A DNA stretch of 64,000 bases from the NCBI GenBank assembly GCA_910587225.1, contig CAJULT010000002.1:26963-90962 (forward strand), written 5' to 3'. Below, in pieces: positions 52,892 to 60,882 of this stretch (positions within the stretch are counted from its first letter, which is position 1; each line of letters begins with the position of its first letter). Made by a program: the position numbers and the translations under genes. The notes under the pieces were generated by a model, which was not told the DNA's origin, ran no database searches, and saw nothing but the letters and a program-made list of their open reading frames with translations. Source of the DNA: an uncultured Christensenellaceae bacterium. GTDB lineage: Bacteria; Bacillota; Clostridia; Christensenellales; UBA1242.

Positions 52892-54880
52892 ATGAACGAG
52901 TTTAAACGCCCAAGACCAATCTTCCCAAAACATGCCGTTATAACCGGCGGTATGCCTTATGGCAATAAATCGCTTCACTTTGGTCATATCGCACTTATGC
53001 TGCGCGCGGACACCTTTGCCCGTTTTATGCGTGACCGCATAGGAAAAGATAATGTGATTTTTGTATCTGGAACTGACTGCTACGGCTCACCAGCGGTAGA
53101 ATCTTATCGCAAAATGAAAGCAAGTGGCGAAATAAATGACGCTTCACTAGAAGCATTTGTTGAGCGCAACCACATAAATCAAAAGGAAATTTTTGACAAA
53201 TACAACATTTCCTTTAATCTTTTTGGCGCTTCCGCACTTGGCAAAAGCAAAAATGTTCACGAGGAAGAGAGTGCGGCTTTTATTAACGCCCTTTATAATG
53301 CTGGAAAACTTGAAAAGCAAAGTTCACTCCAATTTTATGATGAAAAAGCAAAACAATTCTTAAACGGTCGCCAAGTTGTTGGTAAATGCCCAATTGACGG
53401 CTGCCAAAGTGAAAAAGGTTATGCAGACGAGTGCGACCTTGGGCATCAATATATGCCACAGGATCTTATTAACCCCGTCAGCACTCTAACAGGCGAAAAA
53501 CCTACTCTTAAAAAGATTGAGAACTGGTACTTCCGCCTTGACGAATGTTTGGATATTTTGAATGAATGGATTGAGGCTCTTTCAAAAAGAAGCGACAGCA
53601 GTCAATTCATGATTAAAGAGATCAAAGAGTTTTTTAAGAAACCTGAAATCTATGTAAAAAGAGAGTATGAAGCGCAGGTTAAAAGCTTGAATTTGCCTCA
53701 TTATGATATTCAAGGCAAAGAAACAGCACCATCATTTACTATGGTGTTTGACAAACTTGCCGACCGCGAAAAAGCCTGCGAGGTGCTTTCAAACAATGGA
53801 GTGCGTTACCGTACCGGAAAAACTCTTACACCTTTCCGCCTTACTGGCGATCTTGACTGGGGCGTACCTTGCCCTGTTCTTGACGGACTTGACGGGCGAA
53901 CCTTCTATGTTTGGCCAGAAAGTCTTTGGGCGCCTATCTCCTTTACAAAAACCTATTTGAATTCTATCGGTGCCAACGGCACTGAATGGCAAAAATACTG
54001 GACTAGCCATGACGGCGAAGTTTATCAATTTATAGGTGAAGATAACATGTACTTCTATGGCCCAGCGCAGCAGGCAATTTGGCTTTGCACGCAAGGCGCT
54101 AAGGCGCAGTTCCCAGCGCCAGAGGGAAAGCTTCAAACCACACAAATCGTGCCTATTAAGAGCTTATTATATATGAATAATAAGGCAAGCTCATCAGGGG
54201 CAATCAAACCGCCATCCGCTGCTCAGCTTTTGGACTATTACACTCCGCAGCAGTTTAGAATGCATGTACTTGGTATGAACCTTGGAAATAACAATATAAG
54301 TTTCAATCCGCAATGCTTCGATCCTGATGCTGACACTAGCATACCTGACCCAGTACTCAAAGAAGGCAACCTTCTTACCAATGTATATAACCGCATTTTG
54401 AGAACCCTTTTCTACTCTACTCAAAAGGAATTTGACGGAGTTTTACCTCATGCCGAGATTAGCCCTGAAATTATGGCTCAATGCGAAAAAGCACTTTTAG
54501 ACTATGAACGCTTTATGTATGATAAGAAGTTCCACCAAGTAATCAATGTTGTTGACGTGTTTGTGAGAAATATCAATAAGTATTGGGTAAAAGAAGTTGC
54601 AAATGCCACTACAAAAGAGGCTATGGCAGCTTTAACGGCCAATGCTGCACAGCTTATCAAAACAGCAAACCTTCTTTTGCACCCTATTGCGCCAGAAGGC
54701 ACTGAAAAGGTAAGAAATTACCTTGGGCTTGACGAACGCTCTTTTGATTGGAACTATGCTTTTGAAAATGTCTATTTCTTTATGCAAGATGCCGACAAGC
54801 ACAAGATTGCAACACTGGCTGAAAAAGAGGACTTTTTCAAAAAACATCAATCTCAACTTGACGCACTTGCAGCGCGTTAA
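52892..54880 (+). CDS. metG: Methionine--tRNA ligase (divergent: KASSS in place of KMSKS, extra ~70-aa insertion)
   Basis: MPYGNKSLHFGHI (PYxNGxxHxGH class), TDCYGSP and knuckle GKCPIDGCQSEKGYADECDLGH. It aligns by eye with E. coli MetRS through YQFIGEDNMYFYG. Confidence 0.75.
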   Translation: MNEFKRPRPIFPKHAVITGGMPYGNKSLHFGHIALMLRADTFARFMRDRIGKDNVIFVSGTDCYGSPAVESYRKMKASGEINDASLEAFVERNHINQKEIFDKYNISFNLFGASALGKSKNVHEEESAAFINALYNAGKLEKQSSLQFYDEKAKQFLNGRQVVGKCPIDGCQSEKGYADECDLGHQYMPQDLINPVSTLTGEKPTLKKIENWYFRLDECLDILNEWIEALSKRSDSSQFMIKEIKEFFKKPEIYVKREYEAQVKSLNLPHYDIQGKETAPSFTMVFDKLADREKACEVLSNNGVRYRTGKTLTPFRLTGDLDWGVPCPVLDGLDGRTFYVWPESLWAPISFTKTYLNSIGANGTEWQKYWTSHDGEVYQFIGEDNMYFYGPAQQAIWLCTQGAKAQFPAPEGKLQTTQIVPIKSLLYMNNKASSSGAIKPPSAAQLLDYYTPQQFRMHVLGMNLGNNNISFNPQCFDPDADTSIPDPVLKEGNLLTNVYNRILRTLFYSTQKEFDGVLPHAEISPEIMAQCEKALLDYERFMYDKKFHQVINVVDVFVRNINKYWVKEVANATTKEAMAALTANAAQLIKTANLLLHPIAPEGTEKVRNYLGLDERSFDWNYAFENVYFFMQDADKHKIATLAEKEDFFKKHQSQLDALAAR

Positions 54881-54911
54881 CAATAAAATTTAATAAAACA
54901 AATACAAAAAT

Positions 54912-54940
54912 AAAGAGTGCCGAAGGCACTTTTTGTTTTG
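54912..54940 (+). terminator. Rho-independent terminator after metG
   Basis: AGTGCC-GAA-GGCACT hairpin followed by TTTTTGTTTTGTTTTTT. Confidence 0.85.
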
Positions 54941-54971
54941 TTTTTTGCAAGTTTTGGGGTAAAATACAAGT

Positions 54972-55622
54972 ATGATACTTGCAGCATTTCTTTGCGCGCT
55001 AGGCGTCGCACTTATATTTGCAGGACTTTATGTTGCAGCAGGCAAACGCGAGCATCCTCTTTGGATCGCCGCGAGAGTGCTTGCGCCAGCAGCTATTCTT
55101 TTGCTTGCGCTAATTTCGGGAAACCTTTCCTCTTTCGGCGGCTATGCAATATTTGTCTGCATTGCACTCGCACTATTTATCACTTTGCCCGCTCTGAGCA
55201 ATATAAAAGACACCATTTCACAGATTATAACTAATTCAGTTGTAGTTTTATCGCTAGTAAGTTTAATCGGAGCAGGCTGCTGCCTAACCGCCTTCAACAT
55301 ATTTGGGCTTTTAATGGGCTTACTTCTAGGTTTAGGCATAAGCTTTATAATTATACTCATAAAACATACAAGCATTATTGAAAGCATTTTCACAAGCCTT
55401 ATTTTAGCGCTTAGCTTTGCAATCTTCGGTCAAGCAATCGTAATACTAATGAGCGGGCATCTGCTTACACTTGGCATAATGAACCTTGCCGCTGCCCTAC
55501 TATTTGCCACCTCTCAAATTTTAGAAAAATTTAAAGGCGATAAAATGCTGCTTCAAATCTTCACTGACCTGACATATATATTAGCACTAACTCTATTTGC
55601 CGCATCAATCTTCTTTATATAA
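54972..55622 (+). CDS. Hypothetical multi-pass membrane protein (216 aa)
   Basis: About 7 hydrophobic segments. No family recognised. Weak RBS. Confidence 0.55.
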   Translation: MILAAFLCALGVALIFAGLYVAAGKREHPLWIAARVLAPAAILLLALISGNLSSFGGYAIFVCIALALFITLPALSNIKDTISQIITNSVVVLSLVSLIGAGCCLTAFNIFGLLMGLLLGLGISFIIILIKHTSIIESIFTSLILALSFAIFGQAIVILMSGHLLTLGIMNLAAALLFATSQILEKFKGDKMLLQIFTDLTYILALTLFAASIFFI

Positions 55623-55696
55623 TGGCAGTCAATATTGCTTTTCTCTAAAAAGATGTTTATCATAGCTCCATCTTAAAAAAGGAGTTATGATAAACT

Positions 55697-56287
55697 ATGG
55701 GAACGTTCGATAATGAAAACATTGTAAATACAATTTTATTGCAAATGAAAACTGAGGGTTTGTATTATATGCAGTACCTTCATGCAGGGTTTTGCGCAAC
55801 AGGCCCTTGTGGGAACAGTAAAGATTATAACAACGACATGTGCTGCGCTCCGTTTGTATGGTGCGTACACGCGTCAAACAAATTGCATACTTTGCCAAAG
55901 CATTTTCGTTGCGATTGCTATTATAAAGAAGTTAAAAATAAGCCTTTAGGCTCTATTTCAAATAGGTCCCCCTCTCCAGATGTTTGGCTGAGACAATATG
56001 GTCATCTTCCTGACTATTATATTTCAAAAGAGGAAGCAGAAAGTTTGGGCTGGAGACCAGGTAAAAATTTGGCCCATTTCGCTCCCGGGAAAATGATTGG
56101 AGGAGAAATTTACAAAAATAAAAAACATGTTCTTCCTGAAGAAAATGGAAGGGTTTGGTATCACTGCGATATCAATTATGAGAGCGGAAAGAGGAATAAT
56201 TTAAGACTTTACTATTCAAATGATGGTTTAATGTTTTATTCGCCAAACCATCTAAACGGGCAAGTTGAAGTATATTGGATTAAATAA
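55697..56287 (+). CDS. Barnase-family ribonuclease with a Cys-rich N-terminal domain
   Basis: Residues ~100-196 (HLPDYYISKEEAESLGWRPGKNLAHFAPGKMIGGEIY...GRVWYHCDINYESGKRNNLRLYYSNDGLMFYSPNHL) align position by position with barnase. Equivalents of K27, R83, R87 and H102 are kept; E73 is His. Confidence 0.8.
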   Translation: MGTFDNENIVNTILLQMKTEGLYYMQYLHAGFCATGPCGNSKDYNNDMCCAPFVWCVHASNKLHTLPKHFRCDCYYKEVKNKPLGSISNRSPSPDVWLRQYGHLPDYYISKEEAESLGWRPGKNLAHFAPGKMIGGEIYKNKKHVLPEENGRVWYHCDINYESGKRNNLRLYYSNDGLMFYSPNHLNGQVEVYWIK

Positions 56288-56299
56288 AAGGAGAAAATT

Positions 56300-56629
56300 A
56301 TGAAAGAAATAATATTTAATAGAAATGATTACAAATCATACAAAGATTTTTATCTTGATGCATACAAAAAATTAGGGGGCGACAGGTTTGACGACTTTGA
56401 TTTTTGCAAACCTGATTTGGGTTCTAATGCGGATATTTTAGACGAATTCTTGTGGTATTGCCACTATGATAATTTGCACTGTATTTTTATCAATTTTGAT
56501 GTGGACAAAATTAAAGAACAAAAAAAATACGATGACTACGAATTTAATCTTGTGATTGAGGTCTTTGAAATGTTTGCAGAAGAGTTCCCAAACAACTCAA
56601 TTGAATTTAAAATGGATAACCAACAATGA
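56300..56629 (+). CDS. Barstar-like immunity protein, copy 1
   Basis: AAGGAGA RBS 12 nt after the RNase stop. LGSNADILDEFLWYC aligns with the barstar YGENLDALWDCLTGW helix, with acidic residues at the D35 and D39 positions. Confidence 0.7.
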   Translation: MKEIIFNRNDYKSYKDFYLDAYKKLGGDRFDDFDFCKPDLGSNADILDEFLWYCHYDNLHCIFINFDVDKIKEQKKYDDYEFNLVIEVFEMFAEEFPNNSIEFKMDNQQ

Positions 56630-56952
56630 AGGAAATCATATTTAATAGAAACGATTACAAATCATACAAGGATTTTTACCTTGATGCATACAAAAAACTA
56701 GAAGGCGAAAGATTTGACGACTTCGATTTTTGTAAACCGGACTTGGGTTGTAACGGAGATATTCTATGGGAATTTTTGGAATATTGTTGCGATGATGGCA
56801 ATCAATATATTTTCGTAAACTTTGACAAAAACAAAATCAAAGAACAGAAAAATTTTGATGATTATAAATACAACATTGTTATAGAAGTTTTTGAAATGTT
56901 TGCAGAAAAATTCCCTAATAACTCAGTTGAATTTAAAATGGATGAAAAATAA
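56626..56952 (+). CDS. Barstar-like immunity protein, copy 2
   Basis: The start overlaps the copy-1 stop (ATGA). LGCNGDILWEFLEYC keeps the D35, W38 and acidic-39 equivalents. The N- and C-terminal thirds are nearly identical to copy 1. Confidence 0.7.
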   Translation: MKEIIFNRNDYKSYKDFYLDAYKKLEGERFDDFDFCKPDLGCNGDILWEFLEYCCDDGNQYIFVNFDKNKIKEQKNFDDYKYNIVIEVFEMFAEKFPNNSVEFKMDEK

Positions 56953-56976
56953 AAAAGCCCTTTCGGGGACTTTTTT
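56951..56976. terminator. Convergent-gene terminator hairpin (bulged)
   Basis: AAAAAAGCCC-TTTC-GGGGACTTTTTT lies between the stops of barstar copy 2 (+) and the TfoX-like gene (-). Confidence 0.55.
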
Positions 56977-57263
56977 CATTTCTTTAAATCTTTGCAGGTG
57001 GCTAGTACGACTTCTTTTACATACTGCGGCTGGTCAATATCAAGATAATACATCATCTTTGCACCTTGATATGGCAGCGCCTCATCCAAACAAAAATGCT
57101 TATTGCCCTCTGTCTTTTTTATAAGGACGCGTCCATCATAAATCCCGCCAAATAAAACGTCGTCATTATATAATAGGTATTCCCCCATCATAGGACGGCA
57201 TTTAATATTAAATTCGCTCATCTGCTCCAAAGCATAATCTCTAAATTCTTTTGTCGTTGACAT
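56976..57263 (-). CDS. TfoX/Sxy N-terminal-domain family protein
   Basis: AAAGGAGA RBS before ATG 57263; the track ORF is extended upstream. RPMMGEYLLYNDDVLFGGIYDGRVLIKKT matches the TfoX_N pattern. Confidence 0.65.
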   Translation of the reverse strand: MSTTKEFRDYALEQMSEFNIKCRPMMGEYLLYNDDVLFGGIYDGRVLIKKTEGNKHFCLDEALPYQGAKMMYYLDIDQPQYVKEVVLATCKDLKK

Positions 57264-57411
57264 TGCTGTCTCCTTTTTATCAAATGAAATAATCCTCTTT
57301 TCAAAGTCGCCGCAAATAGCCAACACCACACATTTTCGTTTTGCGGGGCGAAGAGGCGTAGTCAGGTCTTTTTTAAAGAAAAAACTAGACCACATAGCCT
57401 AGTTTTTATTC

Positions 57412-57488
57412 TGGTTGCGGGAGTTGGATTTGAACCAACGACCTTCGGGTTATGAGCCCGACGAGCTTCCGAGCTGCTCCATCCCGCG
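57412..57488 (-). tRNA. Initiator tRNA-fMet (anticodon CAU)
   Basis: Reverse complement is CGCGGGATGGAGCAGCTCGGAAGCTCGTCGGGCTCATAACCCGAAGGTCGTTGGTTCAAATCCAACTCCCGCAACCA. It has the C1:A72 mismatch and three G-C pairs closing the anticodon stem. Confidence 0.95.
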
Positions 57489-57500
57489 TCAAGCATTATT

Positions 57501-57529
57501 AGTATACTCACAAAATTCCGTTTTGTCAA
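57501..57529 (-). promoter_or_regulatory. Sigma-A promoter for tRNA-fMet
   Basis: Minus strand TTGACA (57529-24), 17-nt spacer, TATACT (57506-01). Same architecture as the tRNA-Glu promoter. Confidence 0.7.
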
Positions 57530-57572
57530 CGCTTATTTGAAAATTTTTTGTTTTTTTACCAATAATATATCC

Positions 57573-58154
57573 ATGAAACTTGTCAAAAACATACTTTTAT
57601 ATCTCTCCGCCTTCATTCCTATGTATTTTTTGATTTTTGTTAAGGTTGTCATTGACATTATAAATGACAACATGTCTTTGAATGTCCTTAACACCCTCAA
57701 CCTTATCACCCTCGTGCTTTTTATTTTACTCGGCATTATCGGCATAATATGGAACATTCGCTTTAACCACGAAACGCCAAAGGAAATTGTCATACTCAAA
57801 AAAGAAAATATCACGGATTTGCACTTTCTCGGCTACTTCTCGCTATTTGTCTTTTTCGCAATCCCCTTAGATTTAAACTATATAAGCGGCTATGCGGTTT
57901 ATGTACTTATTATCATAATGATAGGAATTGTATATATAAACAACTCACTTTACTATATCAATCCGTTTTTAAACTTGCTTGGCTACAACTTTTACGAAAT
58001 AACCTATCAGGAAAAAGGCTCATCGCAGCAAAAAAACGCCAAATTTTTCTACAAAGGCAGTCTTGACATTTCAGGCAAAAGCTACTGGGTAAAACTCAAA
58101 AACACCAACTTTAGTTTTATTGACAGCAAGTATCACAAAAAAAGAAGCAATTAA
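57573..58154 (+). CDS. Hypothetical membrane protein (193 aa)
   Basis: Four or more hydrophobic segments. The first ATG is at 57573 (the track start is TTG). No obvious RBS, so the start is uncertain. Confidence 0.5.
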   Translation: MKLVKNILLYLSAFIPMYFLIFVKVVIDIINDNMSLNVLNTLNLITLVLFILLGIIGIIWNIRFNHETPKEIVILKKENITDLHFLGYFSLFVFFAIPLDLNYISGYAVYVLIIIMIGIVYINNSLYYINPFLNLLGYNFYEITYQEKGSSQQKNAKFFYKGSLDISGKSYWVKLKNTNFSFIDSKYHKKRSN

Positions 58155-58759
58155 TCTGCCTCTTTTTTATTTTTCTTTTTTTCTTTACCAACATTTGTAT
58201 CAATACTTTTTCTAAATACAACAAATGTCTGCCAAAGAAACTCTAAAATAAAGTTGATAATCATACAAGTAACGAGTCCGATAATGTATGCAAATGCCTC
58301 TCCAAGTGGAGCGATAAGCGCTGCCTCAACTGTTGCGATATACCAAATTTGGAATGGATAGAAAGGAATATAGAATAGGAAAGCAAGCAGCATTGCAATA
58401 GGCACATTATTGGCTGACTTGAAAGTAAATTTTCTATTAAAGGTAAAGTTCCAAATAACAGACAATGCCAACCCAATGGTATCAGCAATGAAAGTGGAAG
58501 TAGGCTGCTGGGTTATAAAGAATATGGTGGAGTCAGCAGGAATGACATAATCGAGTATTACAAGTTTAAGTAGCAGCGATGACACCATCTGAATTGCGCC
58601 CGCTGATATTGAAAAAAGTACGAATTTAAGTATTCTCCAAAGTTCCTCTTTTTTACCACTCTTTCCCTTTGTTTTAGGGCTTTGTAGCGATTGTGCACTT
58701 TCGATGTTATTCTCTTTTTCTTCTTGAGGCAAATTTACGTTGTTCTCCTTATTTTTCAT
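58151..58759 (-). CDS. GtrA-family membrane protein
   Basis: AAGGGGAAA RBS before ATG 58759. Four TM segments with FVLFSISAGAIQ...WNFTFNRKFTFKS, typical of GtrA-like proteins. Confidence 0.75.
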   Translation of the reverse strand: MKNKENNVNLPQEEKENNIESAQSLQSPKTKGKSGKKEELWRILKFVLFSISAGAIQMVSSLLLKLVILDYVIPADSTIFFITQQPTSTFIADTIGLALSVIWNFTFNRKFTFKSANNVPIAMLLAFLFYIPFYPFQIWYIATVEAALIAPLGEAFAYIIGLVTCMIINFILEFLWQTFVVFRKSIDTNVGKEKKKNKKEAD

Positions 58760-58920
58760 ATATTTCCCCTTTTTTACAACGATGATTGTAACATGCTGAA
58801 AAACATTTGTCAAATGATTAAAACAAATTACTTTTAAACCAAAAAATTAAGTTTAAAATACTTGTTTTTTGTCCTATTATATTATATAATATAGTATATA
58901 TAATATATAGGAGAATCAAT

Positions 58921-60873
58921 ATGGAAGATAAATCTTTGGAAGAACTTGAAATTGGCAAAAGCCAAAAGTATGACGCTGCCGATATTCAAGTCCTTGAAGG
59001 GCTTGAGCCTGTACGCAAGCGTCCGGGTATGTACATTGGCTCAACTGACGAACATGGACTTCACCACCTTGTTACAGAAGTTGTGGATAACTCAATCGAC
59101 GAAGCTTTGGCTGGCTACTGCACTCACATTGAAGTTGTTATTGAAGAGGACGGCTCATGCAGCGTAAGCGACAATGGTCGAGGCATCCCTACCGGCATTA
59201 TTCCAAAAGAAGGGAAGAGTGCGGTTGAAGTTGTACTCACTAAACTTCACGCAGGCGGAAAGTTTGGGGGCGAAGGTTACAAGATTTCGGGCGGTCTGCA
59301 CGGCGTGGGTGTATCCTGCGTTAACGCGCTTTCCACTCACCTGACAGCTGATGTATATCAAAATGGAACTCACTATCAAATTGAGTTCAGTCGCGGCAAA
59401 TCGCTTTACCCTCTTAAAGAGGTTGGCAAGACTACAAAACGTGGAACTACAATTACATTCAGCCCAGACCCTGAAATTTTTGAAACAACCAACTTTAATT
59501 TCGACACTATGAAAAATCGCTTCCGTGAAATTGCTTTCCTAAACAAAGGTCTTGTTATCTCACTTGAAGATAAAAGACTGGGGCAAGAACGCAAAGAGGT
59601 TTTTGAATTCAAAGGCGGAATTGTTGAGTTTGTAGACTACCTTAACAAAAACAGAGAAACCATACTTCCATATCCTGTTTACTTTAATAAATTTAATAGA
59701 AATGCAAATGGCGAGATTGAAAACGAAATCGAGGTTGCCTTCCAATATAATGAAGGTTATACCGAAATTATCAATGCTTATGCAAACAACATTAATACCG
59801 AAGAAGGCGGAACTCACCTTGAAGGTTTTAAAGCTGCTCTTACAAAAGTAATTAACGATTATGCTATTGCAAACAAGATAATCAAAGACAACGAAAAGTT
59901 ATCTGGCGAGGACTGCCGCGAAGGTATCACTGCCGTAATTAGCGTTAAACTTAAAAATCCTCAGTTTGAAGGTCAAACTAAAACCAAACTTGGCAACAGC
60001 GAAATGAGAAGCATTGTATACAAAGCAATGCAGGAAGAGTTTGGCGATTACCTCGACCAACATCCAAATGAGGCTCGCAACCTTATTATGAAGAGTATCA
60101 CCGCTCAGCGTGCGCGTGACGCTGCTAGAAACGCGAGAGAACTCACCCGCCGTAAAAGTGTACTTGAAAGCACCACCCTTCCCGGCAAGCTTGCAGATTG
60201 CAGCGAGAAAGACAGACGCTTCTGCGAAATCTACATTGTAGAGGGAGATAGTGCGGGCGGAACAGCTAAAACAGGTCGTGACCGTAGGTTCCAAGCAATC
60301 CTTCCTCTTCGTGGTAAAATTTTGAACGTTGAAAAGGCAAGACTTAACCGCATCCTGGAAAACGCAGAAATCAAGGCTATGGCAACCGCGTTTGGTGCAG
60401 GAATAGGAAGCGAGTTCAACATTGAAAAACTCCGCTACGACAAAATCATTTGTATGACCGATGCGGACGTTGACGGAGCGCACATACGAATACTTCTTCT
60501 CACCTTCTTCTTCCGTTTTATGAGACCACTAATTGAACTCGGTCATGTATACGCAGCAAAACCACCTCTTTACAAGGTTACTAAGAATAAACAAGAATAT
60601 TATTTCTACAGCGATGAAGAACTTGAAGACTGGTACGAAGTCAATGGTCGCAAGGGCTGTGACCAACAGCGTTACAAAGGTCTTGGTGAAATGAGCGCTC
60701 ATCAGCTTTGGGAAACAACTATGAACCCTGAGAACCGCATTCTCGTTCAAATCACCATGGAAGACGCTATTGAGGCTGAAAAGTTATTTAACGAACTTAT
60801 GGGCGAAGATCCAGAGCTAAGACGACAATTCATCGAAGCAAATGCGACACTTGTCACTGACCTTGATATATAG
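58921..60873 (+). CDS. gyrB: DNA gyrase subunit B
   Basis: GHKL ATPase motif [15 protein letters not shown], Toprim EGDSAGG and [12 protein letters not shown]. 650 aa. Confidence 0.97.
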   Translation: MEDKSLEELEIGKSQKYDAADIQVLEGLEPVRKRPGMYIGSTDEHGLHHLVTEVVDNSIDEALAGYCTHIEVVIEEDGSCSVSDNGRGIPTGIIPKEGKSAVEVVLTKLHAGGKFGGEGYKISGGLHGVGVSCVNALSTHLTADVYQNGTHYQIEFSRGKSLYPLKEVGKTTKRGTTITFSPDPEIFETTNFNFDTMKNRFREIAFLNKGLVISLEDKRLGQERKEVFEFKGGIVEFVDYLNKNRETILPYPVYFNKFNRNANGEIENEIEVAFQYNEGYTEIINAYANNINTEEGGTHLEGFKAALTKVINDYAIANKIIKDNEKLSGEDCREGITAVISVKLKNPQFEGQTKTKLGNSEMRSIVYKAMQEEFGDYLDQHPNEARNLIMKSITAQRARDAARNARELTRRKSVLESTTLPGKLADCSEKDRRFCEIYIVEGDSAGGTAKTGRDRRFQAILPLRGKILNVEKARLNRILENAEIKAMATAFGAGIGSEFNIEKLRYDKIICMTDADVDGAHIRILLLTFFFRFMRPLIELGHVYAAKPPLYKVTKNKQEYYFYSDEELEDWYEVNGRKGCDQQRYKGLGEMSAHQLWETTMNPENRILVQITMEDAIEAEKLFNELMGEDPELRRQFIEANATLVTDLDI

Positions 60874-60882
60874 GAGGAAGAA

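Noticed and set aside
54917-55234. 105-aa Arg/Cys-rich ORF overlapping the start of the 54972-55622 membrane protein.
   Set aside because: It is an alternative frame of a GC-rich stretch. The membrane-protein frame gives coherent TM helices across 216 aa, whereas this frame gives implausible composition and starts inside the metG terminator.
55680-55706. Tiny uORF ATG ATA AAC TAT GGG AAC GTT CGA TAA (MINYGNVR) overlapping the RNase start.
   Set aside because: Its ATG is only 2 nt from the GGAG, which is too close for initiation. It is probably fortuitous. I note it only because it makes the RNase start assignment less secure.
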